In this document: positions 57,003 through 64,000 of the stretch, piece by piece
Numbering within the stretch: the first letter of the stretch is position 1
How the letters are laid out: the number at the start of each line of letters is the position of its first letter
Assembly: GCA_965153285.1 (NCBI GenBank)
Contig: OZ229113.1
DNA: 64,000 nucleotides
From: Podarcis tiliguerta
Lineage: Eukaryota
Reading direction: 5' to 3' (one strand)
The notes under the pieces: generated by a model
What the model saw: only the letters and a program-made list of their open reading frames with translations
Database searches by the model: none
Told to the model about the DNA's origin: nothing
Translations under genes and position numbers: made by a program

Positions 57003-58058
57003 TCACAAACAAATCCATCTGCTGTGGTACCACTGCTCTCCACATTCATTACAAATTACATAAGTCATCATTTGTTCATCTGGATTTGCATTTCGTACCC
57101 AACCAGGAAGGAAAAGAGCTCCCCTGGCAATTGCAGTAACAGTGCAATCAAATTTTTCACAGCGTCTACATTTTATTTTGTCTGTATGTGTACCACTGAT
57201 GCTTTGAGGGAGCTGATGCTCCAGAACAGATGATTCTGTATACGAAGCTCTGAGCTGCTTTAGTTCATCATGTGCCATTTCCATTGTGGACATCTCAGCA
57301 AATGTCTTAGGATTCAAAGTCCCTAGAAGCAGGTTACGTTTTAAGTGAGCATTTTTTGGATTCTTCAAGTTAGAAACTTTGCTACGGACGCAGTTTTTGT
57401 ATTTTCTGTCGTTTTTAGCATGAAGTACAAAGATATGTTGTTCAACTTCTTCAGCAATCTTGTGGTGCTTTTCACTTGCATTACTTGTTGAGTCAACCAA
57501 AGCTTCATAAAGAAGCTCTATACATTTGCATCTCATAGCTGCAGTATGACCCTGAAATGGGCTCGTTTCACTAACAGAACTCACGTGCTCTTGAAGTGCA
57601 GGCTGAATTGCGTTGTCTTTTTGCACATTACTTCCAGTATCTTGTGGATGGTTTTCTGATAGCAGGCAACTCTTGGAACTGGCAGGGCCTAATATCTCAC
57701 ACTGATTCAGTTTTCCAGAAGTGTTTGCATCTGCCAGGACTATGTTAAGGGGATCAGAATCTTCTTTTGCATTATCAGGTAATACTGGCTTAATTTGTAT
57801 GCATTGATTGCAATGATGCTTATACAGTGTTTTCCACTTCGATAGTAAATGCTTTGCCTTATTTTTCAGTACCACAGAGGGGCAGTTCTTGAGGATTCTG
57901 AACACAGCTTTGGCAATATCTGTCTCCTGGAGACAGTCTACAGTCATATCAACAGTTTCAAGATACGCAAGATGACTTCCAATATCTTCGTATTTTTTTT
58001 CAGAGAGCAGGTTTTCTATACAATCAGCTCTAGTCATGAGAACCTTTTTGTAAGACAT
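57003..58058 (-). CDS. TCEANC: Transcription elongation factor A N-terminal and central domain-containing protein, 351 aa, single coding exon
   Basis: MSYKKVL... follows the acceptor ttcattacag at 58067; TFIIS N-terminal (LW) domain, central domain (KYKNCVRSKVSNLKNPKN) and C-terminal CxxC...DE...CxxC; syntenic position next to RAB9A. Confidence 0.95.
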   Translation of the reverse strand: MSYKKVLMTRADCIENLLSEKKYEDIGSHLAYLETVDMTVDCLQETDIAKAVFRILKNCPSVVLKNKAKHLLSKWKTLYKHHCNQCIQIKPVLPDNAKEDSDPLNIVLADANTSGKLNQCEILGPASSKSCLLSENHPQDTGSNVQKDNAIQPALQEHVSSVSETSPFQGHTAAMRCKCIELLYEALVDSTSNASEKHHKIAEEVEQHIFVLHAKNDRKYKNCVRSKVSNLKNPKNAHLKRNLLLGTLNPKTFAEMSTMEMAHDELKQLRASYTESSVLEHQLPQSISGTHTDKIKCRRCEKFDCTVTAIARGALFLPGWVRNANPDEQMMTYVICNECGEQWYHSRWICL

Positions 58059-59274
58059 TTCAGATCCTGTAATGAAAGAAGCAGATTCATCTTTTCTACA
58101 GACACTATAGAATTGTATTAAGGGCAGAAGTAGAACAGAAGAGCTCCGATTCAGATAATTTCTCAGATGACACAGGGTCTTTCTCAAAACCTATTCTATA
58201 AAATGTTCCATAGAAAGCTAGATACAAATGTCATTGCAATGTTTGCACCTTCAATAGTGATTAACACACTGGGGTTCTTTAAGGGCAGAGTGCAAACCTT
58301 TTAACTACATAAAATAAAAAGGGCTTGTAATCTTATTCACTCACTGAGCTCACTGGGGCTTACCTTTAAGTAAACATAGAACATCTGTACATTATGTAAT
58401 TGAAGTGTTAATAATTGCGCCCTGTGATATCTTTTAAGCACAGAGTACTGTGATAGGTATTTCAGCTTTCATAAGGCCATAGTAGAGACTGTCTACCAAG
58501 CATAGAACACAACCAAATGCAAAATGCATCTCACGGGAGCTGTTCTGCTAATAGGAAAAAGAAAAACAGTGGGCTTGGCAACAAAAACCCAGCAAACGGT
58601 GATTCGAGGCTGTGCTGAATCCTAGTTATACAAACATGGAATCCCAGGGCTCCTACATTTTATCAGGTAGTTATTATAAGATGCTGTTTGCAAAATTATT
58701 AACTCCACCCATGTAAGAAACTGAATGACCGACAAGGCCATTTGCCAACATAATAAAAGCCTGACAATCCTTGAAAGGAAAACCATTTGTCCCTCAATAC
58801 TTTCAGACATAGTGATTCTTGAGTCGTGTCACATTTAGAACCTCTTCAAAGATTGCAGTTCTTCATTTGCTCCTTGTACAGAAAGCAAGGCTCGCAGTGT
58901 CAAATGGAGGGAACAGATTGGGTGTGTGCAAGCAAAAGCAGAGCTGCAGAGCCTGCTGCCAATACTCTGCTTGCGTAATGTGAAGCAGAGAGGGCCCTTA
59001 AGAATGTGAAGAGTACCTTCCGCCACAATTTATTAGCATCCATAACTCACTCTTTCATTCACATACACCCACATGGGTAAAGGCTTCCTCAGTGTCAGTG
59101 TGACTTCCACAGAGACTTAAACTTCAAGCTAGAAAGAAAGGAAAAGAAACAGTTTCCCACTTCTATGGGGAAGCTTTCAAACATCTGAAAACTGGTGGGC
59201 AAATGCCAGCCAGTGGCAACTTCCACCCTCAATGTATCTCTATGCTCAGGGAAAAAATATTAGAAGTTCTTTAA

Positions 59275-59615
59275 ATGTATTTATTTGGTTTTTCAGATTA
59301 AAATTTTACAGTCACATATTCAACATACAACATAAAAACAAGATTCCAAGGAATCTCTTTTACTTCCCTCCTCCCCTTTGTGAGTCCTATTGTTAATCAT
59401 TTCCTCCTGCATCTTTTATAATAATCCAAATCTTTTATCTCTCCGTTGTATCCAAAATTCACCATTAAACAACAAGTGATACTCCAAGCCTACTAACGAT
59501 TTTAACCGTTTACAGTGGTCTTTAAGAAAAGTTATATATTTTCCCAATTCCTTTATTAACATTTTGATCTTCCCGATTTCTGTTTCTTCTGGTCATTTTA
59601 ACCATTGCATCTCCA
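59275..59615 (-). mobile_element. L1-clade LINE 3' fragment
   Basis: Degenerate ORF2-like C-terminus (AMVKMTRRNRNREDQNVNK...) followed by a 3'UTR and A-rich end on the - strand. Confidence 0.55.
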
Positions 59616-59989
59616 TGCTGGGGGGGGGGGGAGATATTGGAAGTTCTGCCTCTCAAACAACTCCTTGGCAAGCCCCCTTTAGCCTGCCAGGGAAAACAAA
59701 ACAAAAATAGGTGACAGCCCTAACGTTTGAATGCAGGCGATCCATTCCCAGGCTCACTCCTCAGCACAAACCTGGGAGAGAGACCCAAACCCTGGACAGC
59801 TGCTTGCAAACCGTACGGACAACACAACATTACATGGGCCTATGCTCAGACCCGGTATAAGGCAGCTTCCTCTGTTCGGCGGGCCACATTCCTCCGAGGT
59901 GGCATCCACAAAGGGCCGGAGCAGCTTCCACCAGGGAGGAGGGATGGGGGGCAGGGACAGGGAGACCCCACAACACACAGGCGTTGCAA

Positions 59990-60330
59990 ACCTCCCACCC
60001 GCAGCAGCGCACGTAGCAGCGCGCGCGCTTTCCGCTTACCTGGCCCGAGCAGCTTCCTCCGCCTTACCCGGCCCCGCCCCTTTGGAGGAAGGACGCACGG
60101 TGCGCGCGCGCGCGCTCCCGCTCTTGGCTCTGGAGCCTCGGCAGCCGAGGAGGCGCGCTTGGGACTTCGCGGGTCGCCGTTGTGAGGCGGTCGAAGCGCG
60201 CAGGGACTCTTATTGGCGCGCAGGCGCTCTCTCTCTTTGCCCAGATACTGAGGGTTGTGACAGCTCAATCTGCCCCGCCACCAATTCTCGTGCAAGCCAC
60301 AACACGTTACTTCACAACACGTCGAAACAC
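59990..60330 (-). promoter_or_regulatory. CpG island, TCEANC promoter and non-coding first exon
   Basis: CpG-rich; donor CAG|gtaagc at 60040 on -; (GC)n NRF1-like tract 60101-60115; GC boxes; CCAAT boxes at about 60212 and 60281. Confidence 0.8.
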
Positions 60331-60559
60331 GAAAAGCACAGCACAATTAAGGAGGGTTTTTTTGCTGCTCTTAACGATAGAAATACAGACTCAGACCGTA
60401 CTTCTCCTCTCCACCGCAAAGAGGCTTATGTAATGAATGGATGGATGGATGAATTAATCTTTATTTGCGTCAGCCATCGGCCATAGCAATAAAACAATAA
60501 CACGATATACAAAGAACAGAAATAAAAAGTCAATCATATAAAATACATGTTAGGGTTTT

Positions 60560-60760
60560 GAATCAGTAGTCAGATAGTGGATCTTATTCTGATTGCCCCA
60601 GCTAAAAACCTTGCAACCTTTGCCGTCATCTTGATCTGCCAAGAGAAAGGACTCTATGGCAGTGGCTGGGCGACCAGGAATGGACAATAAAAGAGGGGTG
60701 ATAATTTCATTCCTCAGGTGTTTAGAAAGAGTGCAAGCCAGAAGGGCTTATGTAAAATAC
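60560..60760 (-). mobile_element. Probable LINE ORF2 C-terminal remnant
   Basis: Degenerate LRNEIITPLLLSIPG...FLLADQD...KVARFLAGAIRIR; family not resolved. Confidence 0.4.
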
Positions 60761-61427
60761 AACTACTTTTCCAACCAATTGGCCTCTTCATTGCAGTTTA
60801 GGAAATTGTACAAACTTCACTTTTTTAGTGCAAACTTCTGCAAAGTTGAAGCTGCATTAAGAAATGAAGCTAAAGGAAGTTTCACTCTCTGAGGAATCGC
60901 AATAAAGACTTCTTACTTTCTTCATTGGGGATACCAACCAAGTTCCCCAAAGGCAAAGAGACCCACACTGAAATAACTTTTTTTACTACAATAGCAGTGA
61001 TCTAGTGCAAATTCACTCGAGAGACAAAACTGTTTTATGCCTTCATCAGCAGGATCGAAGTCTGAATATCTACTGCCCTCTGCTGGTGTTGTATAGTCCA
61101 ACATTTAGAACAGCTGGAAGCTGCACTAAAATCAGTAAAACTTTTAGATGTTTTTGCGAAAGGCACTGGTAATTCGCAGGGGAAGCAGAGGATTCCCACG
61201 GGTTGTACATCTACATGCATTGCTGTCTTGTATATTACAATATTACAATATCAAAATATTCTTTTCACCTATGCACCAAGCAAAGTGGCTTCAAATGTAC
61301 CAGAATGGAATGGAGATGATGATGATGATAATTTTATTATTTTTATCCCACCCATCTGGCTGGGCTTCCCCAGCCACTCTGGGCGTCTTAGTCGGACATA
61401 CAGCTAGGATGCAATAATATACCATCT

Positions 61428-61801
61428 TAAAGGTAAAGATAAAGGATAGTTAAGTTAGTTAAGTCCTGTCACAGACGACTCTGGGGTTGCGGCGCTCATC
61501 TCGCTTTACAGGCCAAGGGAGCCAACGTTTGTCCGCAGATAGTTTTTCTGGGTCATGTGGCCAGCATGACTAAGCTGCTTCTGGCAAAACCAGAGCAGTG
61601 CACAGAAACACCCTTTACCTTCCCGCCGGAGTGGTACCTGTTTATCTATTTGCACTTTGACGTGCTTTCGAACTGCTAAGTTGGCAGAAGCTCGGACAGA
61701 GCAACAGGAGCTCACCCAGTCGCGGGGATTCGAACCGCCGACCTTCTGATCGGCAAGCCCAAGAGGCTCAGTGGTTTAAACCACAGCGCCACCCACATCC
61801 C
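61428..61801 (-). mobile_element. Sauria SINE, near full length
   Basis: Reverse-complement homolog of 55213-55581 with an AAAGGT tail. Confidence 0.9.
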
Positions 61802-64000
61802 TACTACACCCTGGGTGTAAACTCCATTTAACTCAATTGTGCTTACTTCCAAGTGTACATGGGTATTTGTTTACATGTGCACATGTATACTGGCACCGCT
61901 TCTCTAGCAGAGGTGGGGGTGTGGCAGGAGGTGCCCATGAGGGTGTTGCCTCAGGGGTTTCTTCTGCATAAGGCTGCTACTTCATGCCACTTCAGTGCAT
62001 GAGGCAGGCCTGGCCAGGACGGAGGAGGCCTGCTATACCATCTGGGCTTAACAAGGCATGTGATGCTCAGCTGTCCTGAGCCCACTCCAGCGAAGGCATC
62101 ACACACCTCCTCCCTGAGCTAGCAAGCCCCACCTGGGCTGTTGGTCCTTGCCTGCCTTCCGTCAGAACTGACAACTGTAAATTCTGGAATCCTGTGTTCA
62201 GTGGTGGTATATTCCATTTTGCCACTTGACGCAAAACAGGAAGTGCCACCCTGCTCTTGCCACACCACCAGTAGGACACTCGCCACCACAGTGCCAGCTG
62301 CCAGTGGCACTGCACCTGTACCAGCACTGCAGTGCTGGCATTGGTGCCAATTTCCTGAAAGAGCTTGCAAGCTCACCCAAATCTCGTGAGATCTTCTGCT
62401 CTCCTTGACATCTTGCAAGACTTTGATGAGATCTCGAAAGGTCTTGCAGGAAATCAGCACCTATAATGGCACTGCTTCTTTGGCAGAGGTGGGGGCATGG
62501 CAGGAAGCACCCATTGAGGATGCTACCTCAGGGCTTCATATGACTGGAGCATGTTGGCTCAGCTCTCAGCTGACCAATATTTGTGTCATTTTATCCTTCC
62601 CTGGAAGAAGACACAGGGAGGGAATAGTTTCTTGGCAGAATTACCCATTTCCCAAATCAAGCAGACACTAGCTGAATCTGTTTGTGTCACAGCGGAGAAG
62701 AAAATAAATCACTAAGTGAGTCCAAAAATTTATTGCCATCATCTCGGGCTCTCTTGTTAATCTAAACCCATTTGCTCGCAATATTATGGAAAACATGCCG
62801 TTTTTAACCATAGTTCAGCAAGTGCCCATGTACATCAATCCAAACGCAGAAACATTTTTGCATATTATAGTGAGGGTGCAACAGTGTGGAGCCTCAGGTG
62901 AGTTACCACTGGCGACTTGACCATAGTTGCCTGTTACATTGGTGGGTACCAGCTGAGATAGAGAAATAAAAATAAAGGACTCCATCTGGGACATAGGAGT
63001 AACTAAAGAACAAAAAACGGGCATATGACTCTTCTGATCCACAACTTAAAAGGATGTGGGGAGTTTCAAATGGTTATCCCCTTCCAGCCTCTTACTGTCT
63101 GGCTTTCTCCTGCTGGTTCCATAGTGTCTTTCTTCTTTCTACCTCCCTGTATCTGCACATCTCGCCACTTGCCAGCCTTCTCCTCTCCCACCCCGCACAG
63201 GTTGACAAAGTACATTTTGATTCTACATATTCCTCCCACAAGCCATCTCTCTCCATCCTTCTGATCTCTTTTCTGATCTCTGTCACCAGTTTGTAATTAT
63301 CACTTTGTATTGCTTAGACATCTTTAGGAAATGTTTTCCTTTTTCAGCTCAAATCTGTCTCCAGATGTGCTATTGCACTTTCAAAATGAATCTAGTTATT
63401 TATAAAATATAATTGGATAAGTTCCAAGAGCAATATCTGTAACTCATACACATCATTCAACAGTATTCCTTTTCGCTTATTTTGGTAGCCATCCATACAT
63501 ATGAAAATTAATAATTCCTAGGTAATGCTAGCAATTTTTTTAAAACCCACACAAAACCATTTATATGTCTTCAGTTTAGAGGAAAACACAGTGGGGGTAA
63601 ATCGGTGCAATTTGTCGATTTTGGCATTAATTATATATTTTCTCCTCAGCAATCATGGAAAATTTGATCAACTTAATGATGAATAAATATATGCAAGGCG
63701 GAGAGAACCAACACATTGTTTCTCAGATACCAGCAAAAGGTTGATTTCAATGGCTTCAAACATATTTATTTCTCTGTGTTATTGTGACCTTCATATTTTC
63801 CCCATCCATGAAACTGCAAAACCACACTGATCCGCTTACAAAGCCCTAGCAAGCATGGCCCAACCACTTCACTTTCACGTTTGGGGGAGTCATAAGAACT
63901 GCACAGCACTGTCTTCCATAATGAAAGAAATAAGAAAGGTTTTGCACATCGGAACTCTTCTCCCAGGTGTTCATGCAAAAGCAGGAATTGGGAATTATCT

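Noticed and set aside
58059-58187. 43-aa N-terminal extension of TCEANC in the ORF track
   Set aside because: It starts at a non-ATG codon and crosses a clear splice acceptor at 58067. Homology begins at the ATG at 58058.
59727-60486. 152-251 aa ORFs at the TCEANC promoter, and similar ORFs at 37221-37854 and 52063-52850
   Set aside because: Stop-poor CpG-island sequence with Arg/Ala/Pro-rich low-complexity translations and no recognisable domain.
62815-62952. Minus-strand exon candidate (LVPTNVTGNY...MGTC*) as the EGFL6 last exon
   Set aside because: It has a good acceptor, but the peptide does not resemble the EGFL6 MAM-domain C-terminus as I recall it, and there is no other support.

Overview
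Vertebrate genomic DNA, most likely from a squamate and probably a lacertid lizard, judged from two Sauria SINE copies, a tRNA-Lys/CR1-tail SINE and many hAT and Tc1/mariner MITEs. The window carries the conserved block GPM6B (+, 3' part, two alternative last exons), OFD1 (-, 22 coding exons rebuilt by hand, all phases consistent, ~1025 aa), TRAPPC2/sedlin (+, 140 aa, head-to-head with OFD1, with an AT-AC U12 intron), RAB9A (-, 201 aa) and TCEANC (-, 351 aa). There are three CpG-island promoters and one 181-N assembly gap. Most ORF-track entries are spurious or exon fragments. I found no convincing new biological system. The best leads are a 32-bp duplication of the TRAPPC2 3' splice site that could add an overlapping uORF, an in-frame 21-bp duplication in an OFD1 exon, a MITE family carrying ZNF143/THAP11-type motifs, promoter X-box and CLEAR motifs, and speculative + strand exons diverging from the TCEANC promoter. 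Comparisons with human proteins are from memory, not database searches.
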